Assembly (NCBI GenBank): GCA_013265495.1 | Contig: MU057887.1 | Coordinates: 569,985 to 633,984, forward strand | DNA: 64,000 bases | Direction: 5' to 3' | DNA from: Vicugna vicugna | Taxonomy: Eukaryota | In this document: positions 1 to 12,544 of the stretch, piece by piece | Numbering within the stretch: the first letter of the stretch is position 1 | How the letters are laid out: every line of letters begins with the position of its first letter | Notes under the pieces: model-generated | What the model saw: only the letters and a program-made list of their open reading frames with translations | What the model was told of the DNA's origin: nothing | Databases searched by the model: none | Made by a program: the position numbers and the translations under genes

Positions 1-289
1 ACTATATTGTTTAAGATATCTACTAGAAATAGGAAACTAAATGCTGATTATAGGCTGGAAATACAATTTGGAAAGGCAGTAGTGTAAGGATGGGACTGAA
101 TAAGACCACTTGGGGGAAAGAACAGAGGGAAGAAACAGGATATACTCCCAGGGGATACTCCATCGCTTAAGAGAGCTGGGGGAGAAGCAGCCAGTAAATG
201 AGGGGTAGCCAGTGAAGTAGAAGAAAACCTTGCTGGTATACTCACAAAAGTCCAGAGAACAAAGTATTTCAAGAAGGGAGAGATGAAGG

Positions 290-543
290 CTTTCCCGTGA
301 CCAACTTCTTTAAAAACACCCTCAGCATTTCCTATTCCCCTCCCTTGTTTCTATTTTTTTTTAAGCTTAACACTTTAATATTTTATGTATTTTTCATAGT
401 TAGTTTGTTGCCTGTCTCTCTGAATTTGAATGTCAGTTCTACACAGGCAGGAATTTTTATATCATGTTCACTGATGAAATCCAAACAACCTAGAATAGTA
501 GATGGCATATAGTAGGCATTCAGTTATTTTTAAATGAATGAAA
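290..543 (+). mobile_element. LINE-2 3' end fragment, with further opposite-strand L2 pieces either side
   Basis: Ends with the typical L2 terminus '...ctagaatagtagatggcatatagtaggcattcag...aaatgaatgaa'. Confidence 0.7.
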
Positions 544-1502
544 TACTGCTGAAATGACAAACAGGATAAGGATACGAAACTGACCACTGACTTTCATAGA
601 TATAGCTCAATAGTGACCTAGATAAGTGTCATTTCAATGAAGTTTGGGGCTGAGAACTGAATCAAAGGGGTTGAGAAGAGAATGGAACTATAGACAATTG
701 TTTCAAAGAGTTTCACTGTACTGATTTAAAAAAAAAAATGGGGCAACAGCCTGAAAAGACAGCAAGGTTCAAGGGATTTCCCCCCAAGCATATCATTATA
801 AAAATTTCAAACATACAAGTTGAAAGAATTTCATAGTATACCTCCACATATTTACCACTAAATTCTATAATTAACATTGTACTAAGCTTGCTTTTCACAC
901 ATCCACCTATCCTCAATGTCCTGTATGTATATATTTATGCCAATGAAAATTATCCAATAAGGGAGAAACAGACAATTCAAAAGAGAAAGATGATCATTAC
1001 AAAAGCAAAGAACTGAGGAGGGGACAGGATCCAAAGCACAAGTGGAGAGGATGGCCTTAGATAGAGTCAAGCACCCTTGTGGTAGTTCCCTGCTAAAAAT
1101 CCTTCAAAGTCTAACTTTTTCCCCCAGAAAGTTAAATACAAATTCTTCACTCTGGCAAGGATTTATTCAATAGGATTCCGTATTTCCCACTGCTTCCCTA
1201 CCTACACACTATATTCTGGCTAATTTGGACTATTACCTATCCCACAAACAGACTTTCACAAAACCCTAGAAAAATACTCTTTACACTATGAGCCCAGCTC
1301 AAATGCCAACTCCTCTAGAAAACCTTTCCTAAGCTTCACCTATTCCTGTCCATAACTCCCCAAGTCAGATGTTGTATTTTCCTTGTTTAAAGTTTCACGT
1401 GTTACTTGGCTTTCTATTTCAGTTAGTGTGTCATTTTCTTACACTCCTTACACCTTCAGGTCAGGAGCTGTCAATCTACACATCTTTTGCTACTTCTAAC
1501 AC

Positions 1503-1562
1503 TATATATAATATATACATATATATGCATACATATATATATATACACACACGTATATATAT
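1503..1562. repeat. (TA)n/(CA)n microsatellite
   Basis: tatatataatatatacatatatatgcatacatatatatatatacacacacgtatatatat. Confidence 0.9.
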
Positions 1563-2949
1563 GACAGCTATTTGCTGCATCTGAGTTGAAAACATAAGGT
1601 TAAGATTAAAATGAAAATCTTATGCTACCCATAAAAAGCCCAAAATTAGATTTTACTAAAAACAAGCAAATGAGAACATGTCAAGTTTCGGCAGGTGGTG
1701 ACAACAGAAAACTATCACAAATAGTAAAACTAACTAAATTAAAGCATAAAAGGAAATGAGCATAACAGGGAATTATCAATTGGTTTAACAAAAGTCTATC
1801 TGAATATGCCAATAATTCTGTAAAATTAAAAAATGATCTACTAATGTGTTCAAACGAACATAAATGGAATATCACCCATTAAATCAGTCATAAACAAGTA
1901 TTATATTGAGTTTTGGCCTTCCTATAGCAAAAAGAATATGAACACCTTAGGCAAAATTCAGTAATAAGTAAGTCAGAAATTTTTGTTGTGGCAAGATGGC
2001 ATTGTAGACCGTGCTGAAGTAATCCATGACAGGCTTTCTATGGTACCGAGAACAGGCTCTAGGTTACCAGTGATTCTCAAGAGGGGAGCTGAGCTTCCTG
2101 GGCATGTGGATCTAGAGAGGGGCAAGAGGAATTTGTAAAGGCATTTTCACAATAACCTTAAGATATGCTGTTAATCACATTATGTATGTTTAAACTAAGG
2201 AAAGAAATAAGATTATTCTGAAACTTGTTTGGCACTAGTTTAAACAAGTTAAAAACACCAATTTAACAGGATCTTGAATGGTTCAAGTGGACTGAAGTTC
2301 AAGACTCTGTGCAAATACTCATTCTCAGGATGGCACTGTTGGAGTTGCAAAAGGTCACTGAGCCACCCTTCACATAATCACCAGTTAAAAGGTGAGAATC
2401 AACTGGTGGTGGCCCCAGTAACTTCCTGATAAATGAGTGGTAGGGTAAGAATGCAGGAGTCATTAAAGTAATTACCTTTTCGAGGTTTTTTTGATAACAA
2501 CAGAAAGTGAAAATGAGGAAATACAGTACACAGAAGAGGCAAGAAAATCTTCAAATATGTGACTATTTCTAAGCTCAGATATTCTTTTCACATGTACTGA
2601 GTGCAAAAGAAAACATTAAACAGCAGCTGTTTTTTATAGGGCAACAGAAATTTCACTACAGTTCCACAATAATTATTTCCAGATTTGGTGTGCCAGGAAA
2701 ACACATATTTAAGTGTCTTCTTTGTGTCTGTGAAATAAATTAATTTACTGAGGCAACAGTTATCTTTCAGCTCAAATAAGGTTTCTGAGGTAAGAAAGGA
2801 AATCTGGGCTGAGAGAGCCAAAGGGAGACTCCAGATTTAGGGGAAATCTTAAAAAAAGAACACTCTTTTTAGGTCCTACATCACCTGCTTGGGTAACATA
2901 ACCCCACTGGTTCCCGTCACAGAGTCATGGGGAGCCTGGCCAGGCCCTA

Positions 2950-3118
2950 ACTCTAATCCAGGCTCTGCCACTTCCTGGGGAAACTTGGAAAGTCATTTGG
3001 CCCCTCTGAACCTCAGTTTCCTCCACTGTAAAATGGGGACAACACCCATGTGTGAGGGTTAAGCAAAAAAGGCGCTGCCAAGAACTTGGTAAAAGCTCAG
3101 TAAACACGGTCATTATCA
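2950..3118 (+). mobile_element. MIR SINE
   Basis: MIR core 'ctctgaacctcagtttcctccactgtaaaatgggg'. Confidence 0.8.
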
Positions 3119-3279
3119 CAATATTCCTGGGAAGGTTCCTTGGATCCCAATGGTTGTTCGGGCTCCTTGGAACCACTTACTTCCTCCAGATCTCGCTCCC
3201 ACTTCACCTCCTTGGATGAGAGACCGAAGGGAATGGAGAGGAGAGGACAGGTGACCAGGGCGGAGGAGCGAGGATGTAT

Positions 3280-3910
3280 GTGGGAGTGGGGGGTGCAGGG
3301 CCGGGGCCTGGCCTGTGGTGGGGCCTTAGGGTGGGGAGGCTGGGGCAGAGGGCGAGGGTCGGCTCCCTGCCACCTCCAACCCCCCCCTGGGCCGAGTCAC
3401 AGGGTCGCCTCTAGCCCCATCCTCCCACCTCCGTCCCCGAGGCGGAGGGTGCGGGCCGGGCCGGGGGGTTGGCCGAGGCCGGCAGGGCAGTAGCCGCCTG
3501 AGTCCAGGCCGCGAGGCCACACTGCGGGACCCCTCAGGCAAGATGGGCCCGGACAGCCAAGGTGGGCGGAGGCGGTCTGGGCCCCAAGTTACCGGAGCCA
3601 TTGGGGCCGATGATACAGGTGAACCTCTTGAAGGGGCCTATGACCTGGCGACCCCGCCAAGACTTGAAATTCTCCACAAACAGCAGCTCCAAACGACCCA
3701 TGGCGGCGTCCTCCGAGTCTCAGGGGCGTCCTCACACGCCGTTGGGAAAAGCGCGGGAAGGGCCTCGTGCCGTCTCGCGAGAGGAAGCGAGAACACGGGC
3801 GAGCGCGGCGCTGTTTCTTGGCAACCGGAGTTGTTTACGTTTCCGAGGAAACCGTATAAGGAAAGCCTCTGCGAGCTGACTCGGATCCCACCGGCCCGAC
3901 CTCTTAGGGC
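3280..3910. promoter_or_regulatory. CpG island / bidirectional promoter shared by SMC1B and RIBC2
   Basis: Locally high GC and CpG. The two ATGs (3701 minus, 4008 plus) are about 306 bp apart. Contains GCGGGAA 3753-3759, TCTCGCGAGA 3773-3782, GTTTCTTGGCAAC 3813-3825 and TGTTTAC 3832-3838. Confidence 0.88.
3593..3701 (-). CDS. SMC1B: SMC1B exon 1 (meiotic cohesin SMC1-beta, start of the N-terminal ATPase head); the rest of the gene lies left of the window
   Basis: Reverse strand reads gccgccATGG (perfect Kozak) then [37 protein letters not shown], the SMC1 N-terminus with the first half of Walker A (GPNGSGKS). GT donor (GTAACT) at 3592-3587. Head-to-head with RIBC2, as known for SMC1B. Not present in the ORF track. 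Confidence 0.96.
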
Positions 3911-4007
3911 AGCCTCGCTTGGCTTGAGCTTGTTCTATTTTTATTGCCTTTCATTTTTATCTCTCATTTTAAAAAACCCTCTTAGAATTTCTTGGTGATT
4001 CCCAGTC

Positions 4008-4121
4008 ATGGAGGTAGTGCAACCCAAGGACCTGGAGAAGTACTGTGGCCTGGCCAAAAGGAGTCATGCGGAGCTGTGCAGACAGAAACGAATCTTCAAT
4101 GCCAGGAACAGGATAATTGGG
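4008..4121 (+). CDS. RIBC2: RIBC2 coding exon 1 (RIB43A domain with coiled-coils 2, ciliary microtubule inner protein)
   Basis: MEVVQPKDLEKYCGLAKRSHAELCRQKRIFNARNRIIG, typical RIB43A N-terminus. In-frame TGA upstream at 3996-3998. Donor GTGAGA at 4122, phase 0. Confidence 0.95.
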
Positions 4122-4928
4122 GTGAGACCCTCAGTCCGAAAGGGGAAGGGGCCAGGAGGGGATATGGAGGAGAGGTGCGGGGTGAGAGAGGCGGGCGGCA
4201 GGAGGCTAGAGGAACACTTGGAATGAAACTTTTGATTCAGGCACAGCTGCAAACAGGTCCAGACCTGGCCGGGAAGAACAGTTTCATGTATTGACTTTGC
4301 TGAGGATGAGAAGATCTTAACAGACCTAATAATGCCCCCCTCCCCCATCACTTGCCAGACGGGCAAATTTAGTCCTGCAGCAGGGAGGGAGCTTGTCTGG
4401 AGTTAGTGACCAAACAGAAACTAGAACGCGATTCTCCTCTCTCTAAGCCAGATTTTCTACATTGCCAGGAGTTCCCTCCAGTCCATTCATGTGACAAATG
4501 CCAGCGGAGTTTCTATTTTGTGGCAAGCCTGAGCTGGGCCCAAGAGATGAGGCAATCATTGACCTTGCGGAGTTCATAGCCCAGTGGGAAAGGCAGGCAT
4601 TAAAATAGTCACATTAGAATGCACTGGAGTCAGTGCTGTGAGGGAGGGCAGCACAGGGTGCCAGGGAGCACCACCTGGGGCTGGGAGAGGAAATAAAGAG
4701 GGCTTCCCAGAGGAGGTGATGCCTAAGTAGTGTTCTGAGGATGAGGACGTATTGGCTAAGAAAAGGAGAAGGAAGCTCTGGGAAAAGTTAAGACAGGCTG
4801 AAGAACCAACTATAAGGAAAGCATCCAGGTATATGAAAAAATCTGGTTTACAGTGGGACAAGGCTACAAAGACAAGTAGAATTGTTATTAACTGAATAAA
4901 ATTATTTGGCTCTAATTCTCTTTCCCAG

Positions 4929-5010
4929 GGAGACACAGAAGCCTGGGATGCTCAGGTTTGTGACCAAAAGATAAAAGAAGCTACTGAAAAAGCTAGACAG
5001 GAAACCTTTG
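4929..5010 (+). CDS. RIBC2: RIBC2 coding exon 2
   Basis: tttcccag|GGA acceptor; GDTEAWDAQVCDQKIKEATEKARQETF; donor GTGAGC at 5011; 82 bp. Confidence 0.95.
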
Positions 5011-5489
5011 GTGAGCATTCCCTGAATAGCCATCTAGTAGTTCAGGGCTGTGTACCTTTAGACTCCAGTCCCCATTTCCTCACATATATAGAAATGTCAC
5101 TTTCACTCCCTTCCTCCCTTTAAAATTTCACAATTTCTTGTGCTCAATTAACTTAATGCACTGATTCTTCCTCACTTAAAACAAAAATAGCTATTGAATT
5201 CTATGTGGGCTGTAGGAAATTTATTTTGAGGATAAATGTAAGTTTTTCTCTGTTTTCTTAAAAAACCTGGGTATGAAAAACCCTAAACACACACATATCC
5301 TCTGCCAGAAATTTCAAGACCTTCTACTGGGGACAGCTGTTTACACAGACAACATACACTCCTGAGCTCACACTCCTGAGCTGACTCAGAACCAGATATG
5401 GATCAGATAATAGTGTTCAGGCTCTTAGATTAAATTCTCAAATGGAATGCACTTTGCTTCATCATGTTCAACAATTTTTCTTAAAGCAG

Positions 5490-6680
5490 TTAAGGATTAT
5501 TTTAATGGGAAAAAAGCAAGATACAAAATTGTATATACAATGGGTTATCAATTAAGTTTAAATATATGTAAATATGCATACGTTTAAAAATATGTAAAAA
5601 TATGCTTAGAAAAAGACCAAAAGGAAATATATCAAAATGTTAGCTGTGGTAAAGTTGAAGTGATGGGAGTTGAAGTGATGGCATGATGGGTAAAGTTCAT
5701 TTCCTTCTTTATACTGTTTCCTATTTTCTAAACCTTTTACCTTTTAGAATTTTAGCTTAAAAGGAATTCAAACTTACTGAAATGATGGAACAGACATGTA
5801 CGTACCCACCACCAGATTAGATGCTAATATTTTGGCAAATTGGTTTTAGATATCTTATTTTAAGGATACTTTTTGAGAATTAAATGTACCAACGTAGTTA
5901 AAGCTCTCGCCCACCTTACCATTTTCCTCTTCTTCCCTCCTTCGAGCTGTGATCATTCTTGTGCATGTGTTTGTAACTTCATTATTTATGTATGTATGTC
6001 TGTGACAATATAAAGTTTTTGTGTATGTGTTTTAAATTTTTGCATAAATGGTGTTCTACTGAATGTATCCTTTTGCAACATTAAAAAAATTCAACAGTCT
6101 ACTCTTGGAATTAATCAGTAATCTACACACAGAATATTCATTTAAATTCCTTTATGATATTTTGTTATATGAATTTTAACCACAATTTCTTTATCTATCC
6201 CCTACTGGTGGCTGATTTAGATTTTTTTCCAGTTTTTTTTTTAAATTGCTAAAAATGTTAGTGACTACTCTGCATCATGTCCCTGCTGCACATGTCCCTG
6301 GTGTACCTAGAAGTGGAGCTGGCAGGTCACAGGATGTGCATGTTCTCATTTTTATGGGATACTGGCAAACTGCTTTCTAAAGTTACCAGTGTACCAAGTG
6401 ACACTCCCACAAGCAGTGAAGAAGAAATCTGTCTCCCCACATCTTTGCTAATATGCGATATTGTTAGTATTAGATTTGCCAATCCATTGAACGTTCCCCA
6501 TCTTGTAAGGTTGACGATATTTTTTTCATAAATGTATTGATCATTCAGGTTTCTTTTTAGTGATTTGCCTTTTCCTATCCTTTGTCCTCTTTTTGTCTAG
6601 GTTGCTTGGCTTTTTTAAAAGTTAATTTATGAGGTGCTTTTTGTATATTCAGGGTACTAATCCTTTAATGGTTGTGTTAC
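5490..6680. mobile_element. Old L1 (L1M/L1ME-type) 3' fragments in RIBC2 intron 2, both orientations
   Basis: AT-rich L1 3'-UTR/ORF2-end signatures, e.g. 'tacctagaagtggagctggcaggtcacagg', 'ctcccacaagcagtg'. Confidence 0.65.
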
Positions 6681-6790
6681 CTTTTTGGAGGGTTATATCA
6701 CTTTTAGAATGACTAAAAAATTTTTTTAAGTGGACTCGAATTAATTTTTTCCACTGAATCGTAAGCTTATGGATATGCTGTCTCTTTTAG

Positions 6791-7135
6791 CTGCTGAAAT
6801 GAGGCAAAATGACAAGATCAAGTGCATATTAGAAAACCGGGAAAGGAGAGATAGGAAAAATCTCTGTAAAGCTATCAATGACTTCCAACAGAGCTTCCAG
6901 AAGCCAGAAAGTCGCCGTGAATTTGACCTCTCTGACCCCCTTGCCCTTAAAAAAGATCTTCCAGCCCGGCAGTCAGATTTCGATGCTCGGAATACAATAT
7001 CAGGGATGCAGAAATTCATGGGAGAGGATTTAAACTCCCACGAGAGGAAGAAATTTCAACAGGAACAAAACAGAGAATGGTCCTTGCAACAGCAAAGGGA
7101 ATGGAAGATAGCCCAGGCCGACCAAAAATGCACAG
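6791..7135 (+). CDS. RIBC2: RIBC2 coding exon 3
   Basis: tcttttag|CT acceptor; AAEMRQNDKIKCILEN...REFDLSDPLALKKDLPARQSD...KFMGEDLN...QKCT; donor GTAACG at 7136; 345 bp. Confidence 0.96.
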
Positions 7136-7559
7136 GTAACGGAACAAAAAAAAGACAAAATGTGTTTCAATACTTTCTACAACAAATCAACCCCCCCACC
7201 ACCATTTCTTCCCCTTGTTTCATTTTGTCTCTTAAGTCCTACTAATGTGCTACTTTGGACATGAGGGCCGAAGAAGGCCTCGGAGCCTGTGCTCCAGGGT
7301 TTGAGCATCCCTAGTGACATGGCCGCTCCGCGGGGACACTCTCTGAGCTTGTGCCCCAGTTGGGTGCTGGAGCGCCGGGTAACGCAGAGCCAGTTCTGGC
7401 CCTCAGAGTGTCCACGGTCTGCTGGGAAGATAATGGGAAAGATATAGGGCCAGACTAAGTCGGTTCGTATCCAGTAAAACACTCTGATCATCCCGCAAAC
7501 CTGACCAACCACCTGCATCAGTGGGTGCCCCGCTCTTCTGGCTGTCCAGGCTCAAACCC

Positions 7560-7900
7560 AAGTCAGTGCGGCTCCTCCCTCTCTCTCCGATGCCGCCTGC
7601 AGTCCAGCAGCAAGGCATCTCAAATCCCAGCCCCCTCCGCCACTGCCGCTCTGGACTAAGCGGCCAACATCTCCCAGCTGGATCCCTGCTGTAGCCTCTG
7701 ACTGGCTTCTGCTTCTTACCTTGTCCTGTTTACCGTCTCTTCTCAACCCAGCAGCCAGAATGACTCTGTTAAAAGTTAAGCTGGGTCCTTTGCTCAAAAC
7801 CTTCCAATAGCTTCTCATTTCACTCAGTAAAAACCAAACTTATTTCAAGGACCAAGAAGGCCTTCCCAGTCTGACCTTGTCTCCTACTGGGCTGCCCCCT
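7560..7900 (+). mobile_element. LINE-2 fragment
   Basis: 'cagcagccagaatgactctgttaaaag...ttgctcaaaaccttccaatagcttctcatttcactcag'. Confidence 0.75.
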
Positions 7901-8187
7901 AAACCTCTCTCCCCCGTGCCCTCTACCACGATAGACATCACTAATCCAGAGCAGACTTTACCAGTGCACGGTGGTAACTGCTGACACTCGGTGCCAGGCT
8001 CTGATCTAAGAGCTTTACTTAAATGAACTCGTCCGAGTCTGCCAACAACCTTCTGACGCATCTCGGTTCTTTGGATGGGGGCATGGTGAGACGCCAACGC
8101 GTGAACACGTCCCGCAGGGTGCGCTGTGCATCTGGGCAGGTGCACTGGGCCGCGTGCAGAGTTTGATTGCTTTGTGCTTCCTTTCAG

Positions 8188-8306
8188 AGGACCTCTACAT
8201 GAAGACAAGGCTGCAGTTTGACGAAACTGCCAAGCATTTACAGACTCTGGAAAGCACCACCAGAAAGGCGGTTTGTGCCGCTGTGAAAGAATTCAACAAG
8301 AGCCAG
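8188..8306 (+). CDS. RIBC2: RIBC2 coding exon 4
   Basis: ctttcag|AG acceptor; EDLYMKTRLQFDETAKHLQTLESTTRKAVCAAVKEFNKSQ; donor GTATGC at 8307; 119 bp. Confidence 0.95.
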
Positions 8307-10469
8307 GTATGCCCCGGGCTCTGTCTGAGGGGGAGGACAGGCACACAGCCACCTCCCCGGGGCACCCCATTCACTGGATCACATCACAAACCCCAACGGG
8401 GCCCTGCTGGGGGCTCCCTAGTTACAGAGATGGATGAGCCCCAGCCCCTGCTCCTCAGCTCTGAATCGGGGCCTGAAACCTGGCAAAACTGGCCACGGGA
8501 CCTGGGGAAGTCAGGTCACCTTTCTAAATAAACCTCAGGTTCTTCTGTGATAGGAGGACAGCGACATCTGCCTGGATGGGTACCACCTAGTGCTGCTGAC
8601 CAAACACCTGGTCTTGTTTTCAGTTCTTCTCTGCCACCTCTGAGAGTTCCTCCAAGACCAGGTCCACAGGCATTCATCAGGGGAGAAACTGTTATGATGA
8701 TGATTCGTGCAAACTTTGGGCATCCCCTGACAGCTCCCTCCTCTCTAAACTCTGCCCATCTTCCTCACAAACACTCCTTTCCCCACCCGTCCCAAACTGA
8801 AGTTGTTTCAAGTTCTTTATTCCTTTTGGAAATGGGACCCCCTCCCTTCCAGGTTTCCTTTTCAAATGTAATTATATTTCCTGGCTGGGGAAGGGGCTTG
8901 GCCTGGATTCGCTGATTAGATTAGCTGGCTGGCCAGAGCTATGGTCTGCAGAGTTGAGTAAGAGAATCCACTGGGGAGCAGGAGGAAGATGTTAGAACCC
9001 TGCTTCCTATTTATTTTTAACCTCATCATTTAAAATTCCCATGTTTGTGAGTATGTGGGTGTCATGAAGTACATGCTGTTTTTATGGTCTAAGAGGACCA
9101 CACTGTGAACTAAATATATTGGAAACACAAGCTCAAAAATGTTCTACTGATGAGGGTATGGAATCAACAGTCCCGGAGTGTTTGGGCCAGACACCAGAGA
9201 GAATGTTGGTTTTCAACAGCAGGGGAGAGGAACAAGGAAGACCAACTACCAGAGATGGGGCGGGTTGAGGGGAACAAAGGGCAGACGGAGGCCCCTGGAG
9301 CCCCTGGTCACCAACCAGTAGCCGCAGGAGGTCTCAGAGACCAGCTGGCCCCACGCTTCATTCTGCAGAGGCGGTCCTCACAGAGGAGGTCAGGCCCTTC
9401 TCTGTCACCTTGGAGAAGCCACTCTAAGTGCCTCAGTTTTATCATCTGGAGAATGGGAATAGAGATGACACCTACCTAAATGAGCCTGAATGAGAAACAC
9501 CTCCCAAATCTCGGTGGTTTGAAACACACAGTTGATGTTCATCGCCCTATCAGAGGGGCATGAGTAACCCAATTTCACTGATAAAAGAAACAGGCTCAGA
9601 GTAGGGAACTGACTTTCTTAGGGACAGCTGAGTACTAATCTGATTTGCTTCGGAAGACTCAAATACTGCACTTCCAAATACTGCAAGTCCAGTATTGGAA
9701 TCTGGGCCTGTCCAGCTGCAAAGCACGTGCTTCTGTGACACAGTTGAGGTGGCCCCCTTGTGAGCACCTGCTGTGTGTGGGCACCTGGCAAAGTGCCCTG
9801 TCTGTTCAGTACTAAAGAGAACTGGTAATATTGAGATATGTCTCTTGATCCATCTCTTGACTTCACAGAGAAATAACTACAGCCCAGGGAGGGGAGGTGA
9901 CTTCCTCCCAGGCCACATAGCCAGGGTCCGTTCCCTCTACCCATAAACCTCCTGTGGACAGGGGTTTGGCCAAGGATTTATTTTTCCCCTGGGTCAAGGC
10001 TGGGGGCAGCAGAAACATGGAGGCGACAATGCTTTTTCCCCTTTTAGAAGTCACCACTGCTATGAATCACTTGTTTGGCTGTTGTTTGTGGCCCATCACT
10101 GTCTGAGGGTGCCTAGGGCCACAGGGAGGGGCACAGAGCCCTGTCTCAGTGAGGCCAAGCCGAGGGGATGGCAGCCTAATGGGGGATTGTGGGGAGGCAG
10201 CTCCCTGCTTCGCAAATCGCTGCAAACCAAACCTGCAGTAGTTATGCACACGACCAACAGGTAGGGATTCCCTGAGCCCAGCCCACTCAGCACCGCCCAG
10301 GCAGCCGGGGGTCCAAGGGTCTCCCCACAGCCATGCCTGACAAGTCTACCACCCCGGGGCCGTGTAGCACATTCTTCCTTCAAGGGCCCCCAGTGAGACT
10401 TGCCAGCCTGTGCCTTAATCCCACTGGGGGTTGCTCGGAGTGTCTTCTTTAATGTCTTCCCCTGTGCAG

Positions 10470-10697
10470 GCCTTGGAGTCAGTGGAAAAGAAAATTCAAG
10501 AGAAAAAACAAGAACAAGAGGACAATCTGGCTGAGATCTCCAGCCTGCTGCGAGGGGACCTGCTCTCGGAGAACCCGCAGCAGGCTGCCAGCTCCTTCGG
10601 GCCCCACCGCGTGGTCCCCGACCGCTGGAAGGGCATGACCCAGGAGCAGCTGGAGCAGATCCGCCTGATTCAGAAACAGCAAGTCCAGGAGAAGCTG
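10470..10697 (+). CDS. RIBC2: RIBC2 coding exon 5
   Basis: cctgtgcag|GCC acceptor; ALESVEKK...GDLLSENPQQAASSFGPHRVVPDRWKGM...QEKL; donor GTACCA at 10698; 228 bp. Confidence 0.96.
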
Positions 10698-10889
10698 GTA
10701 CCAGCCCCTCCCCTCCTCTCAGAGCCCGCAGACGCAGCTCTGGGATACCTGCAGCCTGCCTCAGGCATCTGTCTAGTTATAGCCGCTGTCACATCCAGCC
10801 TAGAAGCTGCCCTCAAGACGTTTATGTTCCAGTGGGGGGGAGGACAAGACCCCAGTAATCCCATATGTGCTGAGTGCTGGGGAGGGGAG

Positions 10890-12350
10890 TAGGCCAGGGG
10901 AGGAAGGCCATCAGGGGACTGAGAAGTGGCTTTGGAACAAAGACATGAAGGAGGGGAGGGAGGGAGCCGTGCACATGTCTAGGGAAAGGACAACCAGGGA
11001 CCAGGGTGAGTGAACTGCAAGGGCAGAGGCCCTGAGGTGGGACCACCTGCCTGTTCAGAGCAGAGAGGAATCCGGTGGCAGGAGTGGAGGGAGGGGGGGG
11101 GCAGGATGAGGTCCAAGAGGTGGAGGATCGAAGGCCTGGCAGGCCACGGGGGAAGACTTGGCCTCTTTTGTGATGAAATGGGGAGCTCTGGAGGGTTTTG
11201 AGCAGAGGAGTGACAGGATCTCACTTGCATTTAACAGAATCCATCTTACCGCTGTGTCAAGGGTAGACCTAGCAGGTTAAGAGGGAAGGAGAGAGATCAC
11301 TGAAGAGGCTGTTGCCATGGTCAAGGTCAGAGATGGTGCTGGCTGGGGCCAAGGCACTGGCAGCAGAGGTGCTGAGAAGTGGTCAGATTCTGGATTTATT
11401 TGGAAGGTAGAGAGGACAGGATTGGTTGAAGGGTTCAGCATGGCACACGGAGACAGGGGACTTAGGGGTTACTCTCGGCCTTCTGGCCTGAGCAATGAGA
11501 GAATGGAGTTTGCATTTACAGGGATGGGAAGATGGTGGGAGGAGCAAGTCCAGGAGGGAGGTTGATGGGGGAATGGAAATCACAAGTGCAATTTTGGATA
11601 TGTTGTGTGCAATATTCTTTAGACATCTACATCTCTTAGGATTCCACTGAAAACCCCAAATGACACCATCTTAAATAAAACAAAACTTTATCTCTTGCAT
11701 GTAGACTAAATCCTTAGAAAACAGAGCTGGTGTGGTAGCTCCATGGTCATCTAATGTTCTGCCATCCTCAGCACCTGGCTCCCACCTCTTAATGCAGAAT
11801 GGCTGCTTGAGCTCCAGTCATCATATGCATATTCCAGCCAGCAGGAAGAAGGAAGAGGGAAGAACACCAGAGACACTTCCCAGAAATTTCACAAGACATT
11901 TCCACTTATATTTCATTGGACAACTTAGTCACTAGGCTGTCCTTAACTATAAAGAAGGCTGGGACATATAATGTGTATTCCAGGCACTGAAGTGCTGGTG
12001 ATTATTTAGGAAGAAGGGAAAATGGCTACTGGTGGACAAATTATATTTTCTGACACAACTCCCAAGTAAAGCCCAGCAGGCAGCTGAATGTGTAGTCTGG
12101 AGCTCAGAACAGAATCTGGGCTGGAGACAGAAACATGGAGTCGTCGCTGCACTGAGGGTATTTAAAAGCTGCGAACCAGGGGATCACGGGGATCACGAGG
12201 CGAGTGAGTGGAGACAGAGGAGCAGGGCAGGAGGCTGGAAAAGCTGTTGGAATGAGGGTGTGGAGAGCGCAGAAGAGATAGGCCAGTGGGGTGGCGAATG
12301 GGACTCGAAGGCGAGACTTGAGAGGGTAGCGCTCTCGATGGTGACAAGGT
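10890..12350 (-). mobile_element. LINE-2 fragments interrupted by an old MLT1 (MaLR) LTR at about 11635-12000
   Basis: L2 antisense signatures ('gagggttttgagcagaggagtgacaggatc', 'tggtcagattctggatttatttggaaggtagag'). The insert has MLT1-type 'atggctgc...gctccag', 'tcattggac...agtcac'. Confidence 0.7.
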
Positions 12351-12370
12351 GAGGGCAGAGGTCCTCCGAG

Positions 12371-12544
12371 CAGGGTCTCCTGACCACAGCATCAGCCTCG
12401 TCTAGGAACCTGAGAGAGAGCAGATTCTCAGGCCCTGCCCCAGACCTACTGAGCCAGAAACACGGAGGTGGGGCCCATAGTCCGTGGCCTAGAACTGCCC
12501 CACCCCAAGAGGTTCTGACGCCCGCTGGAGTTGGAGGACCACTG
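12371..12544. mobile_element. MER5-type hAT-Charlie DNA transposon remnant
   Basis: 'cagcatcagc...gcagattctcaggccctgccccagacctactgagccagaaac...gaccactg'. Confidence 0.75.

Noticed and set aside
1..3592. Searched for SMC1B exon 2 (KSNVMDALSFV...)
   Set aside because: Not found; this stretch is intron 1 with L2, MIR and microsatellite content, so exon 2 should lie outside the window.
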